Shown: positions 23,497 to 37,108 of the stretch, one piece after another
How the letters are laid out: each line of letters opens with the position of its first letter
Numbering within the stretch: the first letter of the stretch is position 1
The notes under the pieces: model-generated
Seen by the model: the letters and a program-made list of their open reading frames with translations, nothing else
What the model was told of the DNA's origin: nothing
Database searches by the model: none
Source of the DNA: Spongospora subterranea f. sp. subterranea
Taxonomy: Eukaryota
DNA: 64,000 nucleotides
Assembly (NCBI GenBank): GCA_049724395.1
Contig: JAUGWO010000112.1
Location: 62,001-126,000 of the forward strand
Reading direction: 5' to 3'
Made by a program: the position numbers and the translations under genes

Positions 23497-25076
23497 ATGC
23501 CACAATCGCCCTCGCCTCGCCCACACTGTAAACACACCTTTACCAGCGGCAGTCGCCAGGTCGAGGTTCGTGTCGATGAAGCGGAATCCCCTCGCCATAA
23601 GGTTCTCGCCGACCATGTCCTGTCGACTGCCACCGCCCTATGATTGACCGCTGGCCCCCAGAGCATATCTGAACGGCGCCATTGGCCGCCCCATTCCTCT
23701 AAGAACCAGTTCATCTATCGCGGGTTTAGTATTCACGAGACCTATGGCCATAAGATATCCGATATTCACCATATCGACAATGAGACCATGAACATAGTCA
23801 GCGCCATGATCGGGTTCTTCCCCAGGTAGAGACGGTCGACCGCCGTCGTTCCGTTGCCCTCCTAAACTCCCCGACAGCGGTCTCCTGATCCTGAACCTGG
23901 CCCGGCTCCCGGCGATCCCCTCGTTCGACCCGACCGGTCTCTATCTGGCCATCGGCCTGTTCGCCCTCAACACCCTCCTGGTCATGGGCTATCACGCCTT
24001 CCTGTCGATCCCTCACCATTACCATATCTGGTCGGCCGGCGACCTGATCGGTCTGTGGTCTGCCGATCCCCCTTGTTCCATGGCCTGATCTGACCGCCAT
24101 TTTCCAGGGATCAACCTGGCGATCATGTCCCTTCAACTGTGTCTGGCGTATTACGGTTATCAGCTGACCTCCCTCCCGTTCTATATCGAGATGGTGCTCG
24201 TTGCCCTGATCATGATCGCCACCTCTGCTGTGTGTGCGACATATCGGTAATTTTCGTGGCCATTCTCCTCCCCCTTGCGCTCACCCCCTTCATCAGAATA
24301 ATGGATGGGCGTGATGGGTTATTATGGCTCCAATGTGCTAATATAGCATGTGCATTGATCATCGTCCTTCCAACACATATCGCCAATATTCCAACTACAT
24401 TTAGAGGTGATCCCTCAAGAGCATCACACATGACGGGCTATCCCTGTGTTATCAAAAAATTTCAGAACTGATCACTCATCTTCGATTCTGGCACACATTG
24501 TCGATGATGACACTATTATCTCAGCCATCATTTTATCTGGAGAACATCACCCTATGATAACTTTTCAAGCCTTCCCGGTCGAAGTGATTTTTTCTGTTCA
24601 TTTGACTTTTCAGCACCAATTATATCTAAAACTGCCCAAGTCAAAATTACTTGGAAAATATTTGTATTGTGTCTTGGTTGTATATTTATGATTGAATTAA
24701 TTTAGGGAATCTATTCCTGTATCTGCTGTTAATCGGAGCCCTTATCCATGTTGCCAAAGTACCAGAACGGTTTATCCCATACAGATTTGACATATTCGGT
24801 CACTCCCACATGTGGTGGCATTTAGGTAAATTCCCCATTTCCAACCGTTATCAATCCCCAATCCCATTGTACCCCTATTTATGGTTCTTGATCACCCCCT
24901 TCCTTTCGGGGTCAATCGTTGATTGTTGCTGGGAACTCGTGTTGACCAATTGGTGTTTGATATCCTCTTCAGCGTATAGTGCATCATATTATGCATTCTT
25001 CACCAACGTGTTCATATTGGAGAGCGGTCGCCCTGATCTATTATGGGATCAGATCCCATTCTCGTTATTAAGGTGA
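23497..25076 (+). CDS. PAQR / haemolysin-III family membrane protein (AdipoR/IZH-like), multi-exon
   Basis: NQFIYRGF, NETMNI, several hydrophobic exons and PERFIPYRFDIFGHSHMWWH. Start uncertain. Confidence 0.85.
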
Positions 25077-25351
25077 GAGCCGAAGAGCTGATTGGTCTGA
25101 TCAATCGCTGAACCAGCTCCAAATGTCGACTTCCTCATCATTCAAATCATATTCCAACTCATCAATAAAAACCTTCTATGACGACGTTGGATAATCGATA
25201 GAACACGGTTTGTTGTTTGAGATAAATCATAGTAGCGATTAGCGATCAGGATTTGGTTGAACTGTTGTGGATCGCCCTGGACGGTTGTTCCCTTGGTAGA
25301 TATTTCAGGTCATTTTTTCGGTCCAATACCCAATTTTCAGTTGAAAACGAC

Positions 25352-28300
25352 AATGACGACGATGATGACGACGACGATGGTGTTGCTCTGGATATGGGGT
25401 AGAGCATATGGAGATGAACACACAATCCACCTGATATCTGGATCCCGATCTCCACCCGATCATGGTCAGCATTTCTACCAGGACGCACCAGGTTCACATC
25501 TCCCGACCCATTCCCAGGATATCGCCAGCAACCTCTTCTGTTTGGTTGTGATTCAGTTCCGGCGCCATCAACAGCACGATCTGTTGTATATATTACAGCA
25601 CCAATATCACACTAAGATCATATCGTATATTCCACATAAATCCTATCTCGTTTACGGCAGGTATTCGATCAGTACTCAATCAATCACCGCTAGTGGTTCC
25701 CAACTGGGTCAAAACCTGACCAACACTTATACATTGTTTGAGAATCTGCTTTATCGACATTATATATCGCCTTTAAGCGACTCTTTTGCAAAACGTTGTT
25801 CAATGTGCTGTTTGTTTTGAAATGTCTTCACCGCAGAACTCTTTCAAAATCTCTTCAGATTTTCTTTCTTGAAAAACGCCACGGATTGTTTTTTCAAGTG
25901 TTATTCAGCGATGAACGATTTCTGAGGGACAATGATCATTTCGTTTGTGCTATATTTCCCTTTTCTGTTGTAGAAGTTGATCTGGAGAATGATGTGTGCT
26001 GGTGTTTGATATTATAGATATGGAGAGCTATATCAATATACGGAGACATATGGTGACGATGTGAGATGGAGTGGGTTCATGTCCCCATCCGATAAGCTGA
26101 TCGACACCGATCAGATAGAGATAGGTAATCCCATCCCCATTGGTCCCTCTGTATTCCCATCATTACCGCCATCTAGGGGATGACCTGATTATATCGCTGG
26201 CCGATTTTGATCCAAATCTGATCGAGAATATGGCCCCGACCGGATCAGGATCTCATCGTCTAATTCATCATATCGATGACCTGACCACAACCGAACAGGT
26301 TCTAGAGCAATTAAGTCGTCACCCCAAGGTCAAAAAGCAATGATCTCCCCGAATCCGGTCTCAATCAATCGCCACAGGTTCTTTCTGTTCATCGATTGCC
26401 CCCGATCCAATCAATGAACGACTACTCCACGACCGTTTCGACAACTGGACAACAAGATGGCGCTAGGAAGTTGTCGACTCTGCTCCGGGAGCTTGATGGA
26501 CATGGACAGGTAACGTGGCGAAGACCGATTAGGGATTCACAATCCAATGATGGGGGATCTGTGTGCACAATCAACAGGTGATCGGGATCGTGGATTCCGG
26601 TTTGGACTATCACCATTGCCTGTTCGCCGAATCGGATTCAGACAACGTAATTGCGCCACCGTTCCTGGAATGGTCATCGTCTGGTCCAACAGCTCAACCT
26701 GATAGAACGAGGAGGAAAATCATTCAATATGTCACGTCAGAACATGATCTAATTCACATTCACCAGAACCTGCTTTCAGCCCCATTTCCATCGCCGTTTT
26801 CAATCATAATTTACCTGTGAATTTCATCAGCATATCGGGATCTATTTTCTGTTGAGGTCTCGGGGATTTGCGTGTTTGTTTTGTGATGCCTTCAAATGAG
26901 ATTATTGTGTGATGAATTATTGAAGGAAATTGTGTTATTAGATATGGCGATAATGGCGATGATAATCCACTATTGGAAGGTCATGGGACCCATATATCTG
27001 GAACCGCAGCCGGGTCACCTCCATCATACTTGGCCAATTCCAACTATATCAGGTCTAGTTTTAGGGCCGATCGCTCGCTCTATCGACCTGTTCTGACACA
27101 GATCCCCGCCGTGTTTAGCCATCGTGGGATCGCCAGCGGCGCCCAGATCGCCTTCTTCGATATCGGCCCAGGTCAGGGTAAAACCCTGACCATCCCAGAT
27201 GATATATCGTCTGGACTATTCAATTACAGTTATATGGCTGGCGCTAGAGTAGTCTGTAATGCATGGGGTTCACCACCATCATCGATTGGTAATTCTGATT
27301 ATGGTAATCGATCGCACCACCAATCGTTCTTTAAAACCAACTCAACCTAAAACACGTGTCAATCCTGTTGTGGCGATTATTGAGACTATCGTGCAGATTT
27401 TCGGGCGTATGATCTTGATGCATTCTCGTATGAGCATAAAGATTTCGTCTCGCCGCCTTTGCCGCTGGCAATTTCGGGTAGTCGGGAAACATGGGAATCT
27501 TTGATGAGTTTGTGGTGATGAACTGTTGTAGATGGTGTGGATCAGATGGGACTATATCATCACCAGCTACCAGTAAGAACGCCATTGCTGTTGGGTCATC
27601 CCATCAGCCTAGCCAGGCATTATTCAGGGATAATTTGGAGCCTAAAGAGGTCCACAACACTCATTGAATGCCAACAGGATTTTTCCCTTCGAACAATTCT
27701 GTTTTGTTTGTTTCTTCAGTTTCCATCAGACACGTTTTTGATGGCGAACAATTGTGGTTTTTGGCGTGAGTGCTTCATCGCTTGGATGTTGACCTTGAGT
27801 ATTGGTTGCAGGTGGCCGATATAGGTCTTGATCATTATGGTATTGATAATATCGCATCGTTCAGTAGTAGTGGGCCAACCAGCGACGGCAGGATCAAACC
27901 CGATATTATTGTAGGTCGACCCGTTCTTGAGTCCTCGCCCCATCCTGATACGGATCATTTCCTATCCTGGTCAGGTTCCAGGGTTCACAATCCAGTCGTC
28001 GTGCGATGCCGGATCGACTCCATCCTGTTCCCAATTCCTCTCATCTAAGCTCTGCACATCATTAGGGACATCAACATCTGTCCCTATCATATCCGGTTAG
28101 ATCCCAACAATATATCCCCATCGTCGTTGCGTTCCCTCAAACGTTCCACGTTGTGTACAATTGACCGGTATTGCCGAGGAATAATGTGGGATTGTTTAGG
28201 CGCGTTAGTGGTGATTCGTCAATATCTTATGGATGGATATTACCCAACCGGATCCCCAATCGCAGCAAACGGTTTCGTCCCATCCGGGGCATTGTTGAAG

Positions 28301-29482
28301 GCGCTAGTTGTGAACGGAGCGGTCCACATGACCGGCAATCGACTCGTATCCGATCGATATCGGATCGACACGGCGACCAAGCAGTGCAATAATTTGCAAT
28401 TCAGGTTAAAACGTCGAGCTTACGACGATCGTTTTTTCAAGGATTATTCATGGGAATAGGGATATCGGTGCGAATATTCCCAATAACGATCAAGGGTTTG
28501 GGCGGTTCCAGCTCGACCGGAGCGTGTTCATCAGCGATCATTCTCGTGGATATATTCAGCATATTCCGGGAAAGGAATATGCCCTGGCCGATGATTACCA
28601 TGATCGCCGGATCAGCACTAATGAAGTGCATTCGTATTATTATTGTATTTGGCCAGCTTCAGTTCAGGTACAGATCACCTCATAAATCATTCATTGACGT
28701 CTGGTTGTGGAGTTTCATTGCGTGCCATTGGTGTGGATTTTGATTAGGAAATTTGTTTATATAGGTTCGTATAACGTTGGTATGGACAGATCCTCCAGCG
28801 TCACCGTCAGCATCACGAAAACTGGTCAACGATCTGGATCTGGTCGTCCAAAGCAGTACTGGCCTAATCTATCATGGTAATATGGGGAATGAGCCCGATC
28901 ATATTAATAACGTCGAAGCGGTTTACATCTCCCCTGATCCGATCAATAAGATCACTGTTAATATCAGTGTTGCGGTAGTACTGACACAATAGCATGGTCA
29001 CGATGCTAATAGGTGCTGAAGAAGAGATGGTCTAGGGATTCGGGGTCAATATTGGAACATATCAGCCATATGCATTGGTGATAGGAGGGAAGATAGCCAA
29101 TGGGTCTTGCTCGACAGCCGTCCTTCCTCAATACTATAAGGATGCGATCAGCGACGAAATCGGTTACGGAACAGGCGTCATCATCATCATTGCCAGCCTT
29201 ATGACAGCCCTGATCGCTTTGGTCGCCTGGGTAAGGGGGCACCATCACTGCCATCAGGCCCTGACTGATATGGCCCCGCTATAGGGATGCTATTTCTATA
29301 GAAGACAGAGAAGGGTGGGGATCTCGGACGCGATACCCAACAGAAATGGAATCGCTGTCGAAAATCGTGCCCAACCGGCGAGAGGTATGAAACCAGCTGT
29401 CGCCGCCAACAATAATCGCAGGGCGGCCAGACACCCTGACCAGATTCATCGCAGAAAAATATCATTCTCTAATATCCCATAA
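25352..29482 (+). CDS. Subtilisin-like S8 serine protease (KP-43/TagC-like) with C-terminal transmembrane segment, multi-exon
   Basis: Catalytic motifs IVDSGLD, HGTHISGTAAG and GTSTSVP; also GRIKPDI, QGFGR, LVWTDPP..LVNDLDL; TM GVIIIIASLMTALIALVAW followed by a basic tail. Start approximate. Confidence 0.9.
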
Positions 29483-29547
29483 AACTAAATAAACACTAAA
29501 CCTGACACAAAATAGAAGTGATCCCATAATATGGTGTATTCGATACA

Positions 29548-32500
29548 GTTCTGTGTATTCCCAGTCAGATCGTGTCACTCTAATCATGTTACGTGATCTG
29601 TTCTGTGTATTCCCAGTCAGATCGTGTCACTCTAATCATGTTACGTGATCTGTTCTGTGTATTCCCAGTCAGATCGTGATCTGTTCTGTGTATTCCCATA
29701 TCGTATCACTCTAATCATGTTACGTGATCTGTTCTGTGTATTCCCAGTATCGTGTCACTCTAAACATGTTACGTGATCTGTTCTGTGTATTCCCAGTCAG
29801 ATCGTGTCACTCTAATCATGTTACATCTGTTCTGTGTATTCCCAGTCAGATCGTGTCACTCTAATCATGTTACGTGATCTGCTCTAATCACTCGAATCAT
29901 TTTACGTGATCTGTTCTGTGATCGTATCACTCTAATCATCTGTTCTGTGTATTCCCTATCACTCTAATCATTTTACGTGATCTGTTCTGTGTATTCCCAG
30001 TCAGATCGTATCACTCTAATCATGTTACGTGATCTGTTCTGTGTATTCCCAGTCAGATCGTGTCACTCTAATCATGATCTGTGTATTCCCAGTCAGATCG
30101 TATCACTCTAATCATGTTACGTGATCTGTTCTGTGTATTCCCAGTCAGATCGTGTCACTCTAATCATGTTACGTGATCTGTTCTGTGTATTCAGATCGTA
30201 TCACTCTAATCATGTTACGTGATCTGTTCTATCACTCTAATCATTTTACGTGATCTGTTCTGTGTATTCCCAGTCAGATCGTATCACTCTAATCATTTTA
30301 CGTGATCTGTTCTGTGTATTCCCTCAGATCGTATCACTCTAATCATTTTACGTGATCTGTTCTGTGTATTCCCAGTCAGATCGTATCACTCTAATCATTT
30401 TCGTGATCTGTTCTGTGTATTCCCAGTCAGATCGTATCACTCTAATCATTTTACGTGATCTGTTCTGTGTATTCCCAGTCAGATCGTATCACTCTAATCA
30501 TTTTACGTGATCTGTTCTGTGTATTCCCAGTCAGATCGTATCACTCTAATCATGTTACGTGATCTGTTCTGTGTATTCCCAGTCAGATCGTAATCATTTT
30601 CATCTGTTCTGTGTATTCCCAGTCAGATCGTATCACTCTAATCATGTTACGTGATCTGTTCTGTGTATTCCCAGTCTCGTATCACTCGAATCATTTTACG
30701 TGATCTGTTCTGTGTATTCCCAGTCAGATCGTATCACTCTAATCATGTTACGTGATCTGTTCTGTGTATTCCCTAATCATTTTACGTGATCTGTTCTGTG
30801 TATTCCCAGTCAGATCGTATCACTCTAATCATTTTACGTGATCTGTTCTGTGTATTCCCAGTCAGATCGTATCACTCTAATCATTTTACGTGATCTGTTC
30901 TGTGTATTCCCAGTCAGATCGTATCACTCTAATCATTTTACGTGATCTGTTCTGTGTATTCCCAGTCAGATCGTATCACTCTAATCATTTTACGTGATCT
31001 GTTCTGTGTATTCCCAGTCAGATCGTATCACTCTAATCATTTTACGTGATCTGTTCTGTGTATTCCCAGTCAGATCGTATCACTCTAATCATTTTAATCA
31101 TTTTACGTGATCTGTTCTGTGTATTCCCAGTCAGATCGTATCACTCTAATCATTTTACGTGATCTGTTCTGTGTATTCCCAGTCAGATCGTATCACTCTA
31201 ATCATTTTACGTGATCTGTTCTGTGTATTCCCAGTCAGATCGTATCACTCTAATCATTTTACGTGATCTGTTCTGTGTATTCCCAGTCAGATCGTATCAC
31301 TCTAATCATTTTACGTGATCTGTTCTGTGTATTCCCAGTCAGATCGTATCACTCTAATCATTTTACGTGATCTGTTCTGTGTATTCCCAGTCAGATCGTA
31401 TCACTCTAATCATTTTACGTGATCTGTTCTGTGTATTCCCAGTCAGATCGTATCACTCTAATCATTTTACGTGATCTGTTCTGTGTATTCCCAGTCAGAT
31501 CGTATCACTCTAATCATTTTACGTGATCTGTTCTGTGTATTCCCAGTCAGATCGTATCACTCTAATCATTTTACGTGATCTGTTCTGTGTATTCCCAGTC
31601 AGATCGTATCACTCTAATCATTTTACGTGATCTGTTCTGTGTATTCCCAGTCAGATCGTATCACTCTAATCATTTTACGTGATCTGTTCTGTGTATTCCC
31701 AGTCAGATCGTCATTTTACGTGATCTGTTCTGTGTATTCCCAGTCAGATCGTATCACTCTAATCATTTTACGTGATCTGTTCTGTGTATTCCCAGTCAGA
31801 TCGTATCACTCTAATCATGTTACGTGATCTGTTCTGTGTATTCCCAGTCAGATCGTATCACTCTAATCATTTTACGTGATCTGTTCTGTGTATTCCCTCT
31901 ATCAGTCAGATCGTATCACTCTAATCATTTTACGTGATCTGTTCTGTGTATTCCCAGTCAGATCGTATCACTTTAATCATTTTACGTGATCTGTTCTGTG
32001 TATTCCCAGTCAGATCGTATCACTCTAATCATTTTACGTGATCTGTTCTGTGTATTCCCAGTCAGATCGTATCACTCTAATCATTTTACGTGATCTGTTC
32101 TGTGTATTCCCAGTCAGATCGTATCACTCTAATCATTTTACGTGATCTGTTCTGTGTATTCCCAGTCAGATCGTATCACTCTAATCATTTTACGTGATCT
32201 GTTCTGTGTATTCCCAGTCAGATCGTATCACTCTAATCATTTTACGTGATCTGTTCTGTGTATTCCCAGTCAGATCGTATCACTCTAATCATTTTACGTG
32301 ATCTGTTCTGTGTATTCAGTCAGATCGTATCACTCTAATCATTTTACGTGATCTGTTCTGTGTATTCCCAGTCAGATCGTATCACTCTAATCATTTTACG
32401 TGATCTGTTCTGTGTTCAGTGATCGTATCACAAGATCGTATCACTCTAATCATTTTACGTGATCTGTTCTGTGTATTCCCAGTCAGATCGTATCACTCTA

Positions 32501-32568
32501 ATCATTTTACGTGATCTGTTCTGTGTATTCCCAGTCAGATCGTATCACTCTAATCATGTTACGTGATC
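29548..32568. repeat. Minisatellite array, 52-bp unit, about 58 copies
   Basis: Unit gatctgttctgtgtattcccagtcagatcgtatcactctaatcattttacgt, with minor variants and internal deletions. Confidence 0.98.
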
Positions 32569-33014
32569 ATTGATCCTGTATATCATCATGACACATGAGT
32601 CTAATGGATTCGGTTGACGGAGGTAGTGCTTGGCAGGCAGTGTTCCGTTTTAACACGTTCTCACTACATGGCTTATCATGCTGCTCTTATCGCAAACAGA
32701 CAAGACGGTCCGATGCGCTCCTGGCATTGCCAAATCAGTTTTCAGGAACCTGTGGCGATGGCGTGACGTCGTGGCGTTCGACGGATAATACAGCCAGGGC
32801 CCGCTTCCGTTAGGCCGTGTCCGAAAGTCCGACTAGGGTTAACCCCTACAGCAGGGTCAGTCCGGTGTCCGCGAGGGAGTGGAGCAGTTGAGCTTTGACA
32901 TTAATTGCCATCACTGGTCAATCCCAGATCAATCAAAATCTAGACCTCCTTGCTCGATCTGTATCTCCGTTCGCTCGGATTTCCCTATCGCTCTCATTAT
33001 ATATTTTTTTAACT

Positions 33015-33626
33015 ATGGACAAAACCAGCTCTCGCACAAGCATTATTCGCGACATTTTCTTGTTGGCCACCTTTGGCTGTGCTGCTCTGTCAACTGCAGT
33101 ACTGCTGTTCCTCACATTCAATGCCCAGTCGCTAACCGATCCGAATAGCAGGTTCAACGTAGAACTGCAAGATCAAGAAAAGATTTCTGCTTATCGTACT
33201 TTAGTGATTTCTGTCTCATCGATTGTTTGCGGAATATCGCTTCTTGCATTCCTCGGGTCAATTTTTCGTTCAACATGGACAATTAAATTCGCCATCTTCC
33301 TAACAACTGCACTGATTCTGGCGGAGATGGGCGTCTTTCTATATTTGCTTGTGTGCGATCCTGAAATGACTCAGGTCTCAATGACCCTGGCCAAAAGCGC
33401 TGAAGTTAGACAGCGAATGGACTGTGCGACAGAAGAAGAGTGCCAGGAGAAACTGTTAAAGGAGTTGTGTGGCATCGACCCAAAACATTACAAATATATT
33501 GCCATTGGTATGGCGGCATTTCAAGCCATCATCGTGATTCTAGGCATATATGTGGCCGCATCGTACAGCCGCAAAGCGAAGCGAACTGTTTATTATCATC
33601 GATATCCCGCTACGAACATTGTATAA
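33015..33626 (+). CDS. Intronless four-TM tetraspanin-like membrane protein
   Basis: Four hydrophobic segments with tetraspanin-like spacing and a Cys-containing loop between TM3 and TM4. No CCG motif. Confidence 0.6.
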   Translation: MDKTSSRTSIIRDIFLLATFGCAALSTAVLLFLTFNAQSLTDPNSRFNVELQDQEKISAYRTLVISVSSIVCGISLLAFLGSIFRSTWTIKFAIFLTTALILAEMGVFLYLLVCDPEMTQVSMTLAKSAEVRQRMDCATEEECQEKLLKELCGIDPKHYKYIAIGMAAFQAIIVILGIYVAASYSRKAKRTVYYHRYPATNIV

Positions 33627-35225
33627 AGCTATAGACGCTATTACAACAAAAAATTCAGCCTCTTTGTTGCGAAACAGGCAACCGTGTTGAAGTTCCATTC
33701 AGGATGAGTTAAAGGCACTGTTGTTATCCGTTGAGCAGTCTTGCGAACTTTTATTCATTTCATAACAGTTTTTTTTAAAGCCAAAAACCAAAAGTACAAG
33801 TTTGAGCGCATAGGCATCGAATGATAGCATTCGATTGGAGTCTCATTTTGTGGCAATCAGCGTCACACGGATCCCGTCGGCTCCAAGCGTTGGGAATTTC
33901 AGGCGCCGGTTTTAGCTGGGCTCCCTAACTTTTGCAGCCGTTGTGTGAACAAAACAGCCATCACCCCAGCGACAAGCGCTAACGTCAAAAATCCAGTGTA
34001 TGATGGTCTCCGTTTATAATCTATGAAATTTATTTAATGACGGTTATTGTAGACTTGACATGGCCGCCGCATTTGACGTATACTGTCTTATTTGTATGTG
34101 CTGTATCAATTGCGTCATCGATTATTGTGGCTTGTGATGGCAAATACAGTATGCCGCTTCTGTTGTCAGTTTGGGCATGTGCCATTTTCGTTTCTGTTGG
34201 TGTTGAACCGAAGGATTTTCAGCGGGAAAGCGGATCTAAGACGTGAGAATATCCTTCACTTCATTTTCCGTTTATTCCCTCATACACTTTGTTGTCTTCC
34301 TCGTCTATGCTGATTCAGTCCCAACGCTACGCCAAGTTCGACAAGTCGAGAGGAATCTGCACATTAACGGGAAGCGGATCTGGGTTTACGAGTTCATCGT
34401 ATTGGGCAGCTTGTTTCGCAAAGAAACCATAGCGAACCGACGGTTTGTTGGTGTGGCCAATATATAATGTACCTTGAAGTAAAGAGTTCTCCGATCCCGC
34501 CACATCTTCATTCAACCAACCGGCGGCCACACCATGAACTGGAACACTGAACTCGTACTGTTGGCGATATTAAATGGAGCTGATCCAAACCCATGTAAAG
34601 CCATGCGGTCACGAGTTGACAATATCTGGGTATTATTCAAATGTAGCTCGTTTGGGATGCCAATGATCAGCAAAAATTTATGCGGATAATGGCCTCACAG
34701 GTTTGAAAATCCTTTACTGACGTGTTCGTGCTCGTGCTTTTGAAAAATCATTCGCAAGTGAGCCGTATAATGGAGGTAAACCCACCTGTGCATCTTGAGA
34801 CATCACCAAGGATTTCAGGCTCTGTGCTGCTCCTGCAGCAGGCAGACATGAGCCGGAGGGCCGATTCAGGCATCAAAGAAAGTAGGTCTGGAATGCGGTC
34901 AAAAACATCGCTCAACAGCGAATTCCTGTGCTCGTACACAGTTGCGATAATAAATCAGAATCAAACAGGTAGCTACTGCAAGGGTAATTCACAATTTCAT
35001 TAGCTAATCGACGTTCAGCTGAAAAATATTCACAACAGGACAACTCCGGATTGGGCTGGGACCACGAACTCCAGGTCCCCACAGCGAGCGATAGCGTCTG
35101 GGGATGATTAGCTGCTGGCGGTACATGTGTTTCCCGGTATCTAATTCCATATAGTGTAGTTTCCCAAATTTTTAGGTCCATCCTCAGGCCAGAGTATATA
35201 GGACAGCCACGTTGACCTTATTCCA

Positions 35226-36853
35226 GAGGGCGGTACCTGAGCACACCAACTTCGGTATGCAACACACTAAGAATAGTACTTTAACACACTTGTTTTGGAT
35301 CGCCAACACACGAATTATTGACCTGAGATTCATCCATCATTCAGCATTTACAGTAACTAAAATCCGAACAATATAGAGAATTACAGTTTGTTTTGCTGGC
35401 GAGGACAGGGCATCAGTTTCAAAAAGGCGAGGTGTTTTCCTCGAATTAAAAACCTCTGAAGATCCAACATCTGTGCAAGTATTGATGGCGTAAACAGCAC
35501 CACGAAAAAAATTTGTTCTCCTTTAATCTCAGCAAAGCATCGCACAGACGTACATTTGGCGTAACGTCGCCGCATCTGATGGGGATCGACCGTTGCTGCA
35601 TCACTGTTGTCTTCATGCAAGAAATTGCACGACGCCATCTGAGATTCAAACATTGTGTGCGACGGTAACGCCGCTCGAATTTCTTTCAACGTGACTGCCT
35701 CGTTGATGTCAATTGCGATTGCGAGCCAATCACGGATCCCGATTCCGATCATGATGTCGCAGATCATGATTGACTCGCAATCGCAATTGACATCAACGAG
35801 GCAGTCACGTTGAAAGAAATTCGAGCGGCGTTACCGTCGCACACAATGTTTGAATCTCAGATGGCGTCGTGCAATTTCTTGCATGAAGACAACAGTGATG
35901 CAGCAACGGTCGATCCCCATCAGATGCGGCGACGTTACGCCAAATGTACGTCTGTGCGATGCTTTGCTGAGATTAAAGGAGAACAAAACCTATTTTGTGG
36001 TGTGTTGAGAACCCAAAACAAGTGTGTTTTAGTACCATTCTTAGAGCGCGTTTGGATACCGTGGGTTTTATAAACCCGGTTTTATGTAAACCCGGGTTGG
36101 GGTACCCGCAAACCCGGGATTTTCGAAAACCGGTTTGCGCGGGCTTATGTCTTCCAAACAAGACATGAGCTCTTCAGAGGAAGATGACGAATTCGAAGTA
36201 GATCATCGGAATTGGCAAATTGCCGCCATCGTTGCCGATTGGTATGCTGAAAACATACTGCCTGAAATCCCCTTGCAGAACGTCGACGCTGGGAGGAGCA
36301 GCTTGGGTTCAAGAACTCACATCTGGTCATCCGCGACGTACAAATCGAATTGACTATTCAATGAAACCAGAACTGCCGTCCAGGCCTCCTTCTTGAACCC
36401 TGAATCTGCGCGTTTCCCATTCCGCGCTTGTTCCAGCATTAAACTGATTAGGACCGCATCCTTGTCCAAATCCCAGGCTGCCCGAGAACCACGAATAGCT
36501 TGTTTGGCGCCTGGCATGGGATATATAGTCATAGAGTGGTTCAGAGAGGATGCGAGCAAATAACCCACGCAATAACCTACTCCGAATAGGTTTTCGAAAA
36601 CCCGGGTTTTGAAGTGAAAATCCGGGTTTTCAAAACCACAAAAAAAGGCAACCAAACAAGCCATTTTGAAAAAATAACCGGGTTTACTCAAAAACCGGGT
36701 TTCCACGGACAAAACCCGGGTTTTGAGTGGCATCCAAACGCGCTCTTAGTGTGTTACCTACCGAAGTTGGTGTGCTCAGGTACCGCCCTCGGTGTTGGAG
36801 CCCCATTTCTAGTGTGTTCAAGTCAAAATTTGGTGTGTGCAGACCTTTTTCTC
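35226..36853. mobile_element. MULE-like fold-back composite related to the 11.9-15.0 kb family
   Basis: End gagggcggtacctgagcacacc at 35226 and its inverse ending at 36790; a second end type ...gcagacctttttctc at 36853; divergent ORF fragments HQMRRRYAKCTSVRCFAEI homologous to 13566-13922; 221-bp arms at 35512-35732 and 35767-35987. Confidence 0.75.
36044..36745. mobile_element. Non-autonomous PIF/Harbinger element
   Basis: TIR gagcgcgtttggat with TTA TSD at 36041-43 and 36746-48; Myb/SANT-like remnant WDLDKDAVLISLMLEQ..GFKKEAW on the minus strand; convergent acidic ORF start on the plus strand. Confidence 0.88.
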
Positions 36854-37108
36854 CCCGATCAGATACTCTGGGTAGGGTGGTGATTCTGATATGTATTTCC
36901 TTGTTACGACGGCGCATCTTTGGCCCACCGACGGAGGTTTGCGTCAACCTTCAGGTCATCAAGATAATCGACCGAGGCGTCCGTCGGCAATCAATTAGAT
37001 ATGGAGCGGACTGGCTTGTTTCTCTCGGCCAAATCACTCTCGGTTGATTCAAAGCAGGACATTAGCAACTGGAGGCTCATTTCCTAATCACTATCATATT
37101 AGCACATC

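Noticed and set aside
25660..27810. Intronic snoRNAs in the longer T-rich subtilase introns
   Set aside because: No convincing paired C/D or H/ACA boxes with terminal stems by eye.
29548..32568. CRISPR array
   Set aside because: Head-to-tail repeats with no unique spacers, no cas genes, and a eukaryotic context.
33850..35180. Possible minus-strand gene
   Set aside because: Only isolated protein-like segments; no consistent exon chain could be built.
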